A DNA stretch of 64,000 nucleotides from an uncultured Chloroflexia bacterium (GTDB lineage Bacteria > Chloroflexota > Anaerolineae > JAAYZQ01), in NCBI GenBank assembly GCA_963700285.1, contig CAVOXA010000010.1, positions 544,001-608,000 on the forward strand, in the 5' to 3' direction. The notes under the pieces were generated by a model, which was not told the origin of the DNA, ran no database searches, and worked only from the letters and a program-made list of their open reading frames with translations. The position numbers and the translations under genes were made by a program. Shown here one piece after another: positions 41,362-50,889 of the stretch. How positions within the stretch are numbered: position 1 is the stretch's first letter; each line of letters begins with the position of its first letter.

Positions 41362-41763
41362 GTGTTATACAACCTCATTGCAAGCGCACCGGCTGGGGAA
41401 ACTATTCTGGGATGGATAGACTTTGCAGCACTGGTCATCGAGATCCTGGCCGTATTGATCATAGTGGTGACCATCTTTTACGCCCTGGCGCACTATATGA
41501 GCCAGGCAATTCGCCAATCAGAACTTGGAGGCCACTATCAAGAGCTAAAGGTTCGCCTGGGCAAGGCTTTGTTGCTGGGCCTGGAGATCTTGGTGGCAGC
41601 CGACGTCGTCCGTACCGTGGCGCTAGAGGCAACCATGGAAAGCGTCTTGGTTTTGGGCTTGTTGGTACTCATCCGGACTTTCCTGAGTTGGGCGCTGGTA
41701 GTCGAGATCGAAGGGCGCTGGCCGTGGAAGGTTGGCCCTGGAGGGAATGAGTTGGAGACCTGA
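41362..41763 (+). CDS. DUF1622 family membrane protein
   Basis: LGKALLLGLEILVAADVVRTV and LIRTFLSWALVVEIEGRWPW. Start approximate. Confidence 0.85.
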   Translation: MLYNLIASAPAGETILGWIDFAALVIEILAVLIIVVTIFYALAHYMSQAIRQSELGGHYQELKVRLGKALLLGLEILVAADVVRTVALEATMESVLVLGLLVLIRTFLSWALVVEIEGRWPWKVGPGGNELET

Positions 41764-41856
41764 GCCTTTGGCCGATTTGCCAAAGCCTGCCAAAGATCGG
41801 ATAATGCCTGCAAGGACCATGCCGTTCAATCCACACTCAACGAAAGAGGAGAAATC

Positions 41857-43260
41857 ATGGCACGCGAAAATCCATTTCTGGAGACCGACCAGCGTATCAT
41901 CGGTGACGTGTACACCAGTACCGAGACCATGGACAATCTGGAGATTCTCTGCGACGAGTTTGGCTCGCGCTTTGGCGGTACTGAGGGTGAGCGCCTGTCC
42001 GCCGAGTTCTTTAAGGCCAAGATGGAAGAATACGGCCTGAGCAACGTTCGGCTGGAGCCCGTCGAGTACGTAGGCTGGATCCGGGGCGAGGCCAAGTTGG
42101 AGATTGTGAGTCCCATCCAAAAAGAGATCCCCTGCATCACGCTGCCCCATTCCCCTCCCGTGGAACTGGAGGGCACGATTGTCGACATGGGCGATGGTGC
42201 GCCAGAGGACTTTGATCAGCGGGCAGAAGAGATCGAGGGCAACATCGTTCTGACTACCAGCGTCGTCAACCCCAAGGGGGGCAGTCGCTGGATCCATCGC
42301 GGCGAGAAGTATGGGCGCAGCGTGCTGGCCGGGGCCAGCGGCTTTATCTTTGTCAACCACTACCCTGGCTTTGGCCCGGCTACCGGCGGCATCGGCCACG
42401 ACGGCGAGGGGCTCATTCCCGGCATCTCGGTCTGCTACGAGGACGGGGCCTTTATCCGGCGGCTGGCCAAGCGCTGGGGCGAGGTCAAGATCCGGCTGAC
42501 CACGACCGACCGTTGCGAGCCCATGATCTCCTGGAACATCGTCGGCGATCTTCCCGGCTCGCTGTATCCGGAGCAGGTCGTCATGTTGGGCTGCCACTAT
42601 GATGGCCATGACATCTCCCAGGGGGCAGGGGATCCCGCATCGGGTGCTGTGGCCGTTCTGGAGGCGGCTCGCGTACTGGCCAAGTACACCCCCGACCTGC
42701 CGCGCACGGTGCGTTTTGTCCAATGGGGTGTAGAGGAGATTGGTTTGTTGGGCTCCCGAGAGTACGCCAGGGTCCACGCCGATGAGCTGTCTGAGATTCG
42801 CTTCTACTTGAACATGGACGCTGCTGGCAGCAAGACCAACAATCGGGACATCATTGTCAACGAATGGCCTGATCTTGAGGACACATTCCAGGCCTGGAGC
42901 GAGGAGATGGCACTGGGCTTTGCTGTTGGCCAATCAGTCAACGCTCACTCAGACCATTTCCCCTTCTTCATGGCTGGCGTGCCCACGGGCGGCATCCAAT
43001 CGGTCGAGGGGATGTCGGGTGGACGGGGCTACGGCCACACGGCATACGACACGGTGGACAAGGTCGACATGCGAGGTCTACGTGAAGCGTCGACGCTGGC
43101 GGCCAGAGTGGCGCTGCGGGTCGCCAGCGACGAGGCCTGGCCGGTGAGCCGCCGGACCGAGGAAGACGTCCTGGAGCTGCTGGACAGCCCCGACCAGCGG
43201 GATGAAAAAAAGTATCGAGATCGCCTCGACGCCTACTATGTAGAGGTGCGGCAGCAATAG
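41857..43260 (+). CDS. M28 family metallopeptidase with a PA domain
   Basis: GSRFGGT, GCHYD, GAGD..SG, EEIGLLGS, NMD, SDH and GHT..D motifs. Confidence 0.9.
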   Translation: MARENPFLETDQRIIGDVYTSTETMDNLEILCDEFGSRFGGTEGERLSAEFFKAKMEEYGLSNVRLEPVEYVGWIRGEAKLEIVSPIQKEIPCITLPHSPPVELEGTIVDMGDGAPEDFDQRAEEIEGNIVLTTSVVNPKGGSRWIHRGEKYGRSVLAGASGFIFVNHYPGFGPATGGIGHDGEGLIPGISVCYEDGAFIRRLAKRWGEVKIRLTTTDRCEPMISWNIVGDLPGSLYPEQVVMLGCHYDGHDISQGAGDPASGAVAVLEAARVLAKYTPDLPRTVRFVQWGVEEIGLLGSREYARVHADELSEIRFYLNMDAAGSKTNNRDIIVNEWPDLEDTFQAWSEEMALGFAVGQSVNAHSDHFPFFMAGVPTGGIQSVEGMSGGRGYGHTAYDTVDKVDMRGLREASTLAARVALRVASDEAWPVSRRTEEDVLELLDSPDQRDEKKYRDRLDAYYVEVRQQ

Positions 43261-43306
43261 CGGGACGCATCCCATCCACCGCGTGAGCTGACTCGGGGTA
43301 AGCACT

Positions 43307-44497
43307 GTGACTGACAGAGAAGAGTACCAGCGATTATTGGTTGGACCTATTGAACGGTTCGACCAGCGGAATGATATGTTCCGGCGCACACGCTACGACC
43401 CGGAGTGGGTGAAGCGGGCCGGGGAGTTCTATGGCCCCATGCGGCCGCGCGACAAGGCCGGCTACCGGCTGGAGGAGCAAGCGCTGGCCGATGCGGCCTG
43501 GCACGTCGAGGATCAGTGTGCTCACGGCTGCCAGGGTTCGGGCCACCCGGGTCTGTATGCGTGGGAGGTTGTACCGGCGGAGCCTCCGCAAGTTCAGACC
43601 CACGAGGGACCCCGTGCCCAGCCCGGCGGAGCCACCAGTACCACACCTGATCTGAAGGTTGATGCATCCGACCCGGAAGAGGTCACAAAGAAGATCAAAC
43701 GCGCAGCCCGCTTCTTTGGGGCATCCCTGGTCGGCGTGTGTGATCTCGACCAGCAGTGGCTCTATTCCCACGTCAGCGACGATACGAACGGAGATCACCT
43801 GCCACTGGAGTTGCCGGAGGGGATCCACTCAGCGGTGGTTATGGCCGTCGAGATGGACTATGACCTGATGCAGACCGCGCCCACCGGCGGCGCGGCAGCG
43901 GCGACTGGGCTGGGCTACTCCAAGATGGCGTTCCTGGCCGGGCTGGTAGCCCAGTTCATCCGCAATCTGGGCTACCAGGCCCTCCCCTGTGGCAACGATA
44001 CGGCGCTCAGCATCCCCCTCGCGGTCGAAGCCGGGCTGGGGGAACTGGGCCGCAACGGACTGCTGATCACGAAGCCGTTTGGTCCTCGGGTGCGGCTGTG
44101 CAAAGTCTTTACCGACTTGCCCCTGGTACCCGACGAGCCCCGTTGCTTTGGCGTGAACGAGTTCTGCCGGATATGCAAAAAGTGCGCCGACGATTGTCCT
44201 TCGCGAGCCATCTCTTTTGGTGATAGAACCACGGAGGCGCTGAACATCTCTACCAACCCGGGAGTGCTCAAATGGCCTGTGAACGCGGAGCAGTGCTTCA
44301 AGTACTGGGCGGCCAACGGCCTGGATTGCTCAACCTGCATCCGGGTCTGTCCCTTTAACCAGGCGGCAGGCTGGCTCCACGATGGGGTACGCCTGGGGAT
44401 CAAGTACACTCCATGGCTGGACAGGTTGTTTCTTTGGTTCGATGGGATGCTGGGCTACGGCAAGCAGCGCGACCCCGAGGCGATCTGGGGCGGCTAG
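43307..44497 (+). CDS. rdhA: Reductive dehalogenase family protein (cobalamin, 2x 4Fe-4S) without a TAT signal
   Basis: IKRAARFFGASLVG, W.YS, IRNLGYQA, AGLGELGRNGLLIT..FGPRVRL, TDLPL, CRICKKCADDCP, CFKYW...CSTCIRVCPFN and WLH motifs. Confidence 0.82.
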   Translation: MTDREEYQRLLVGPIERFDQRNDMFRRTRYDPEWVKRAGEFYGPMRPRDKAGYRLEEQALADAAWHVEDQCAHGCQGSGHPGLYAWEVVPAEPPQVQTHEGPRAQPGGATSTTPDLKVDASDPEEVTKKIKRAARFFGASLVGVCDLDQQWLYSHVSDDTNGDHLPLELPEGIHSAVVMAVEMDYDLMQTAPTGGAAAATGLGYSKMAFLAGLVAQFIRNLGYQALPCGNDTALSIPLAVEAGLGELGRNGLLITKPFGPRVRLCKVFTDLPLVPDEPRCFGVNEFCRICKKCADDCPSRAISFGDRTTEALNISTNPGVLKWPVNAEQCFKYWAANGLDCSTCIRVCPFNQAAGWLHDGVRLGIKYTPWLDRLFLWFDGMLGYGKQRDPEAIWGG

Positions 44498-44586
44498 TAG
44501 AAACTGAAGGGGATCCAGGCTGGTCCGATCTCGAGATTGGACCAGCCTTTCTCAATCCAGCACGATTGGCGGAGGAATTGTGTTCC

Positions 44587-44868
44587 ATGGCAGATATCCA
44601 GGTTGCACAGTCGGATCGTGAGGACGGCTACGAGTTTCAGGTGACCGTCAAGGACCGTCGTAGCGAGACCCACCACCGTGTGACCTTGCGCGAGGCTGAC
44701 TACCAACGCCTGGCTGGCGGCGAGGCCAGCCCTGGGGAACTGGTGACAGAGTCCTTCCGCTTCCTTTTGGAGCGCGAGCCCAAGGAGTCGATCCTGCGCT
44801 CCTTTGATCTGACCCTGATCGGCCGCTACTTTCCAGACTACGAGCGCCTCATCCAAAAACGAGTGTAG
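44587..44868 (+). CDS. Small hypothetical protein
   Basis: GGAGG RBS, coding-like bias, and a family-like segment ESFRFLLEREPKESILRSFDL..I.RYFP.YE. Confidence 0.75.
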   Translation: MADIQVAQSDREDGYEFQVTVKDRRSETHHRVTLREADYQRLAGGEASPGELVTESFRFLLEREPKESILRSFDLTLIGRYFPDYERLIQKRV

Positions 44869-44939
44869 CACGGTGCCTTTCCGGCTTCCACGACCAGGTC
44901 CTGGGTCTAGTTCTTCTTCCTGCCCACAAGTCCGAACGC

Positions 44940-45401
44940 ATGCAGACGATCCAACTCCGACCATACGGCCCAAAGGATCTTGAGCCACTTGTCGCCATGT
45001 GGCACGCTAGCAAGCGACAAGCCTTTCGCTATGTTGAGGCCCAGCAGCGCCACACGCTGGAGGATGATCGGGACTACTTTCAGAGGATGGTTCTGCCTGG
45101 AGGGGACGTGTGGGTTGCGCAAGGAGAGCACGGTCTGCTGGGCTTTATGGCTCTGCAATCCGACCTGATCGATCTGCTCTTCGTTGCCGTGCAGGTTCAG
45201 GGTCAGGGTGTTGGAACCGTACTGGTGAACAAGGCGAAGGCGCAGTCGCCCTACGGGTTGCGTGCCTACACTTTCCAGAGGAACAAGGTTGCCCGAGCCT
45301 TCTTCAAAAAACAGAGTTTTACAGAGATCGGATTTGGCGTGAGTCCCCCACCCGAGGAGGAACCGGACGTTGAACTCGTGTGGGTGCCGGGCATGGCTTG
45401 A
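44940..45401 (+). CDS. GNAT family N-acetyltransferase
   Basis: LFV...QGQGVGT motif A and N..AR.FF.. Confidence 0.85.
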   Translation: MQTIQLRPYGPKDLEPLVAMWHASKRQAFRYVEAQQRHTLEDDRDYFQRMVLPGGDVWVAQGEHGLLGFMALQSDLIDLLFVAVQVQGQGVGTVLVNKAKAQSPYGLRAYTFQRNKVARAFFKKQSFTEIGFGVSPPPEEEPDVELVWVPGMA

Positions 45402-45455
45402 ACATGATCGTCGAGCTATTCGATAGCATCTTGGTTTCGTATCAGGAGGAGTACA

Positions 45456-45716
45456 ATGGTCGCCTATCTTGAGCACGCGAATATCACGGTACCAGATATC
45501 GATGCAGCAATTGCCTTCCTTCAGGTAGTAGAGCCAGCTTTGACCGTGCGTCACGATGCAACGCCAGAAGGCAGCTATCGGTGGGCTCACGTCGGAGCAG
45601 GCAATTGCTACATCGCATTGCAGGAGCCCCAGCTTGACTCCAGCCCCAACGATTGTCACCGGCCATACAAAGACCATGGTGTGAATCACAAGAGAGGTGT
45701 CTACAGTGCTAGATGA
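45456..45716 (+). pseudogene. VOC/glyoxalase family protein, C-terminally truncated
   Basis: LEHANITVPD...W.HVG...YIALQE...GVNH, then similarity stops before the second half of the fold. Confidence 0.6.
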
Positions 45717-46549
45717 ACTCATCCAGGACCTGAACGCGGTCCTGCCCTATGCGCCGCTGCTATTTGGATTGGCCTTGCTCATCTCGTCCAGTAGGCTTTT
45801 ATCGTGTGGTGTACTTTATCAGCATCGGCTACGCCTTCTCCATCGTGGCCATGGCCTTGGCCACTGCAGTCATGCTGCGTCAGAATCTCACCTGGGCCTC
45901 CGTATTGCAGAATCTCCTCCTAATAGTCTGGGGGCTTCGGCTGGGCCTATACCTGGTTCGACGTGAATCCCGGTCTTCCTATCGCAGAGAATTGGAGGAT
46001 ACGCACGAGCGCAGCGCCGGGATGAGCTGGTTGCAGAAGGCCCTGATTTGGGTCAGCGTTTCGGCTCTGTATGTCCTGATGTTCTCTCCCAGCTTGTTCA
46101 GTCTCACCGCCACTTCTCGCGCTCCGGGCGCGCTGACCATGGCGGTTCAATCTCTCGGTTTGCTGCTGATGGGCGGCGGCCTGCTCCTGGAAGCTGTGGC
46201 GGATAAACAAAAGTCTGACTTTAAGGCCCACACCCCAGGTCGATTCTGCGACGTGGGTCTGTACCGGTGGGCAAGATGCCCCAACTACCTGGGCGAGATC
46301 ACTTTTTGGATCGGCAATTGGGTAGTGGGCCTGCTGTTCTACACTTCTCTGCTGGGATGGATCGCCAGCTCCATCGGGCTTGTTTGCATTGTGTTGATCA
46401 TGATAGGCTCTACAAAACGGCTGGAAAGTTCTCAGGGCGCGCGATATGGCCATCTGCCCGAGTATCAGGAGTATATTCGGTCAGTACCAGTGCTTTTCCC
46501 TTTTGTTCCCATCTACACGTTAAAGAACGTCCGTGTCTTTCTAGAGTAG
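45706..46549 (+). CDS. DUF1295 (steroid 5-alpha-reductase-like) membrane protein (apparent frameshift near 45790)
   Basis: WGLRLG, EAVADKQK and GLYRWARCPNYLGE motifs. Confidence 0.8.
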
Positions 46550-46664
46550 GACACAGTAGAGCAGTGAGGAGAATGGCATGTTCAGTTTCGTGATTGTTCT
46601 CCTGCTGGTCGGTATATGATTTGATCGGTGAGAGGTACCGGTAAGGAAGAAAGGAGACGGGCCA

Positions 46665-48002
46665 ATGGAAGAAAGGCTCTCGGTCAAGACCAAACTGTTC
46701 TACGGCGTGGGCGATGTGGGCAACGCCATGGTCAACTCGGCCATCTTGTTCTTCCTACTGGTTTTTTTCACGGATGGAGTGCTCATTGCGCCAGCCCTGG
46801 CCGGGAGCGCGTTGCTGGTGGGCAAGATCTATGATGCCGTCAACGATCCGATCTTTGGTTGGATCTCGGACCGGACGACGTCGCGTTTTGGCAAGCGCCG
46901 GGTATACATGATCTTTGGCGCGCTGCCCCTTGCCCTCTCCATAGCATTGTTGTGGCGCATGCCATCAGGTCTGTCGGAGGTGGCCGTCTTTGCCTGGATC
47001 GTCGCCACTTTTGTCTTCTACGATACCATGAATACGGTCACCAGCGTGCCCTACTATGCGCTCACAGCCGAGCTGACCGACGACTATGACGAACGTGCTG
47101 GACTGACAGCCTATCGTATGATCCTGGGGGTGCCGGCCTACCTGGTTGGTGCGGCCTTGACCCCTGTCATCGTCGGCTTGTTCGCTACCAAGCGGACGGG
47201 CTATGAGGCCGTAGGCCTGATCTATGGCGCTGTCGCGGCGGCAGTGCTGTGGATCTCTGCCTCAGGCATCCGGGAGCGCAAGGAGATTAGCCAGAGCAAG
47301 TCAGAGACGCCGCCGCTGCGAGCCTTTACTACCACTTTCCGCAACCGGCCCTTTGTCCAGTTGATCGCGGCCTACCTCATCGCCGCCATTGCCTTCGCCC
47401 TGACCCAGACTCTGATGGCCTACTATGTCACCTATCAACTGCGGATGGAGGGCCAGGTCCCGCTGGTGATGGGTTTGCTGCTGATTACCGTCGGCCTGTT
47501 TCTATTTCCTTGGAAGTGGCTGGCGCAGCGCTGGAACAAAGGGCCAGCCTATGCCTTGGGACTGACCATTGCCGGCCTGGCCGTAGCAGCCACGTTCTTT
47601 CTCCCACCCCGGCCGACGCCCCTGATCTACCTCATCGCCTTCGTCGCCGGCATCGGCTTTTCGGCGCAGTGGGTCTTTCCCTGGGCCATGGTTCCCGATG
47701 TAGTGGAATACGACCGCCTGGAGACCGGTGAGCATCGAGGCGGAATGTACTATGGGGTGTGGGGTTTTACCTCCAAGTTGACCGGGGCCCTTGGCGTCGC
47801 CCTGACGGGCTGGATCCTGCAGCTCTCTGGCTACGCGCCCAACATGGAGCAGACCGCCCAGGCTCTGTTGGGCATCCGGCTCTTCTTTGGACCGGCTCCG
47901 TTGGTGATCTTGCTGGTGGCCTTGCCATTGCTCTTCCGTTACCCTATCACCCGCCAGAGTCACGCTGATCTGCTGCAAAAGCTGGATGCGATGGATGCGT
48001 AA
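46665..48002 (+). CDS. MFS glycoside-pentoside-hexuronide (MelB-like) cation symporter
   Basis: YGVGD, DAVNDP..G..SDRT.SRFGKRR, VPY.AL..ELT.DYDER, PDVVEYD and YPITR motifs; about 12 TM. Confidence 0.92.
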   Translation: MEERLSVKTKLFYGVGDVGNAMVNSAILFFLLVFFTDGVLIAPALAGSALLVGKIYDAVNDPIFGWISDRTTSRFGKRRVYMIFGALPLALSIALLWRMPSGLSEVAVFAWIVATFVFYDTMNTVTSVPYYALTAELTDDYDERAGLTAYRMILGVPAYLVGAALTPVIVGLFATKRTGYEAVGLIYGAVAAAVLWISASGIRERKEISQSKSETPPLRAFTTTFRNRPFVQLIAAYLIAAIAFALTQTLMAYYVTYQLRMEGQVPLVMGLLLITVGLFLFPWKWLAQRWNKGPAYALGLTIAGLAVAATFFLPPRPTPLIYLIAFVAGIGFSAQWVFPWAMVPDVVEYDRLETGEHRGGMYYGVWGFTSKLTGALGVALTGWILQLSGYAPNMEQTAQALLGIRLFFGPAPLVILLVALPLLFRYPITRQSHADLLQKLDAMDA

Positions 48003-48486
48003 GCAGACCGTTCAGATGACATCCGTCATCCGCTCAGACTTTGACCGGATTGCACTGCTCCAAGATGAAGGCTGGGACCACAACAGCCACTACCATGGCT
48101 TTCTCCTGAGGCAGCTACCAGCGTATTGTGATTATGCGCTGGACATAGGCTGTGGCACAGGCTCCTTTTCGCGCCTCCTGGCAGATCGCTCGGATCGAGT
48201 GCTTGCCCTGGACCTGTCGTCGCAGATGATCGGTGTTGCCAGGAAGCGCTCCCGTGGGTACATCAATATCGAGTACCGCGTTGCCGATGCCGCGGTGTGG
48301 GAGCCTTTTGAGGGGCAGTTCGACTGTATTGCCTCCATCGCTACGATGCATCACCTACCCATGGAGGGAATGCTGGCCAAGATGCGGAGAGTGTTGAAGG
48401 CGAATGGCAGGGCGGTATTCGCTTGTGTGGAAGAAGAAGCCTTATTCGAGATAGCAGTCAGGGACAGATGTGGGAAATGGACATAG
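47995..48486 (+). pseudogene. Class I SAM-dependent methyltransferase, probably truncated
   Basis: WDHNSHYH, LDIGCGTG and FDCIASIATMHH motifs; similarity appears to end after LKANG. Confidence 0.55.
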
Positions 48487-49298
48487 TGGAAGTCAAGACA
48501 ACATACCGATCGCCGAATCAGGGCGAGTATCCTGAGCTGGCCGGTTATTCACAGGAGCAGATCTACGATGGCTGCATGGGGGGTGGCGCTCTGTACCTTG
48601 CCGCCCAGATGGCCCGAACCATGGATCTGAAGGAAGGGGACATCGTCCTGGATCTGGGCTGTGGCCCGGGGACGACTTCTATCTTCCTGGCAGAAGAGTT
48701 TGGTGTTCGAGTGGTGGCGGTTGACCTCTGGACCTCGGCCACATCCCTGGCTGCCAGATTCTTCAAGTGGGGATGCAGGGATCAGATTCTGCCCCTGAAC
48801 CTGGATGTGACGGACCGCCTGCCCTTTGCTGACGCCTACTTTGACGCTATCTTTTGTATGAACTCACTGAGCTTCTACGGTGGGAGTGTAGAGTTCCTGC
48901 ACCATCTGCTCAAGCACGTCAAGAGAGACGGGCAGATCTGCGTGGGCATGGAGACTTTTAGCCAAGAGTTCTCTCCAGAAGCCTTTAGCAGCCCTCCGCC
49001 GGTATTCAACTATCACCTGCCCCCGCCCCACGAGACCGTAAACGTATGGGAGGACGACTTTTCCAAGATGCATTCTCCCCCCTGGTGGAAGAAGCTCTTT
49101 GAGAGATCAGGCATCTTGGAGGTCGAGCACTGTCGTGAATTGGAGGATGCCACCATCCTCTACGAAGACTTGGTCCTGTATCAGATTGAACATGATCTGG
49201 ATCCCGAGGACGTCAAAAGATCGATTGCCCAGTTGGAGTATGGGCGGGAAAACATGCCTTACAAGACCCTGTTTGTCCTCACAGCCCAAAAGCTGTAG
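48477..49298 (+). CDS. Class I SAM-dependent methyltransferase
   Basis: VLDLGCGPG, AVDLW and LPFADAYFDAIF motifs. Confidence 0.85.
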   Translation: MDIVEVKTTYRSPNQGEYPELAGYSQEQIYDGCMGGGALYLAAQMARTMDLKEGDIVLDLGCGPGTTSIFLAEEFGVRVVAVDLWTSATSLAARFFKWGCRDQILPLNLDVTDRLPFADAYFDAIFCMNSLSFYGGSVEFLHHLLKHVKRDGQICVGMETFSQEFSPEAFSSPPPVFNYHLPPPHETVNVWEDDFSKMHSPPWWKKLFERSGILEVEHCRELEDATILYEDLVLYQIEHDLDPEDVKRSIAQLEYGRENMPYKTLFVLTAQKL

Positions 49299-49328
49299 CG
49301 GCCAAGATTGAGATTGAGGGAGGTGGAG

Positions 49329-49910
49329 GTGCTGACACTAGAAGAAGTAGCCCGGCGGCTGGATAGGGCTGGCATCAAGTGGGCCGTCTTTGCCGGAGTG
49401 GCGGCGGCCGCATATGGGGCGACACGGCCTCTGACGGACGTGGATATCCTGCTGCCGGCCGCCGAGAGGGAGCGGGCGGTAGTGCTATTCCCCGAGGCAA
49501 CGGTGGTGAACTATGAAGGCGGCTCCCATGCCCAATTGCTGCTGCCCGGCATTGACATCCTGGCCGGGCTGGCCCTGATGGACCTGGACGACGAGATGGC
49601 CAAGCGGTTGACGCGCCACGAGATCGCTGGCATCACCGTGCCCGTCATCCCGCCCGAGGACAACATCCTGCTCAAGGCGATGTGGGGCCGGGGTGCTGAG
49701 GAGGGCAAGCATGACTGGGAGGATGTGGAGGCCATGATGGCCCACCTGGAGACGATTGACTGGGAGTACCTGCATTGGCGGGCGGCTGGCCTATCCCCCA
49801 GGGCGCTGGTGGAACAGGCCCTGCAACGGCTGGACCGGCTCTGGGAGAAAAAAGCTGACACCGGACAGAGGCAAATAGCAGGATCGGAGGAAATCGATGG
49901 CCAGAATTGA
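49329..49910 (+). CDS. Nucleotidyltransferase-fold protein (DUF6036-like)
   Basis: AG.A...YG..R...DVDI, EDNILLK and K...D motifs. Confidence 0.7.
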   Translation: MLTLEEVARRLDRAGIKWAVFAGVAAAAYGATRPLTDVDILLPAAERERAVVLFPEATVVNYEGGSHAQLLLPGIDILAGLALMDLDDEMAKRLTRHEIAGITVPVIPPEDNILLKAMWGRGAEEGKHDWEDVEAMMAHLETIDWEYLHWRAAGLSPRALVEQALQRLDRLWEKKADTGQRQIAGSEEIDGQN

Positions 49911-50880
49911 TGGTTTTGGAGAGACCCAAGACGTAGAGATCACCGTACTGGTCGACAACCGGGCAGACCTGCTGGTCAAGTCGACAGAGACAGTGAAGCG
50001 CTTCACCGAGGAACCTTTGCTTGCCGAACATGGCTTTGCGGCGCTGGTTGATCTCAAGGATGCCGGCCTCCGGATCCTCTGGGATGCCGGCATGACCGAT
50101 GTAGCGCTGCTGGAGAATGCCCGCCGACTCAAGATCGATCTGGGCTCGGTGGACAAGATCGCTTTGAGCCACGGGCACGGGGACCACTATGCGGCCATGA
50201 CCAAGGTGATCTCGGCGAGCGCCCAGTCGCCAAGCCCGCGGGAGTGGGCCAGGGATGCCTCCGTGGAGGAGATTCGTGTCTATGTCAACGGCCGCCGGAC
50301 GCCGGTCATTGTTCACCCCGCCGCCTTCCGGGAGCGCTGGGGGATCGACAAAGATGGCAAGAAACATGGACCCAACCTCATGCCTCGCGACGAGTGGGAA
50401 GCCGCTGGGGCGGACATTGTTCTTGCGGACGGTCCTTACCAGTTGGGCCCCGGCTGCTGGACCACAGGCAGTGTACCACGCTTGAGCTTTGAGAAGGCCG
50501 GTATCTCTCCCCGGATGGCCTACTGGCAGGGAGGCGCCTTCGTCCGCGATCATTTGGAAGACGATCAGTCCATTGTCATGAACCTGAAGGACAAGGGCCT
50601 GATCGTCCTTACTGGCTGTGCTCACTCGGGCGTTGTCAACACTGTCAACTATGCCAAAGAGATCAGTGGTGTGGACAGGGTGTGGGCGATCCTTGGAGGG
50701 TTCCACCTCGCTCCGGCGGAGGATGAGGACATCCAACGAACGATTGACGAGATCCAAAAGCTGGCGCCAGCGCTGATCGCTCCTACCCATTGCAGCGGCT
50801 TCAAGGCCATCAGTCAGTTTGCTGGCCGGATGCCGGACGCCTTTGTGGAAGGGGTTGTAGGGACGACCTACCTGTTCTGA
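49897..50880 (+). CDS. MBL-fold metallo-hydrolase (DHPS-like subgroup)
   Basis: LVDN, AEHG, SHGHGDH, GCAHSG, GGFHL and HCSG motifs. Confidence 0.88.
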   Translation: MARIDGFGETQDVEITVLVDNRADLLVKSTETVKRFTEEPLLAEHGFAALVDLKDAGLRILWDAGMTDVALLENARRLKIDLGSVDKIALSHGHGDHYAAMTKVISASAQSPSPREWARDASVEEIRVYVNGRRTPVIVHPAAFRERWGIDKDGKKHGPNLMPRDEWEAAGADIVLADGPYQLGPGCWTTGSVPRLSFEKAGISPRMAYWQGGAFVRDHLEDDQSIVMNLKDKGLIVLTGCAHSGVVNTVNYAKEISGVDRVWAILGGFHLAPAEDEDIQRTIDEIQKLAPALIAPTHCSGFKAISQFAGRMPDAFVEGVVGTTYLF

Positions 50881-50889
50881 GGGCAGGCG

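Noticed and set aside
49329-49910. Nucleotidyltransferase as a toxin-antitoxin or anti-phage component
   Set aside because: There is no adjacent HEPN, antitoxin or effector gene, and it is embedded in a metabolic gene run.
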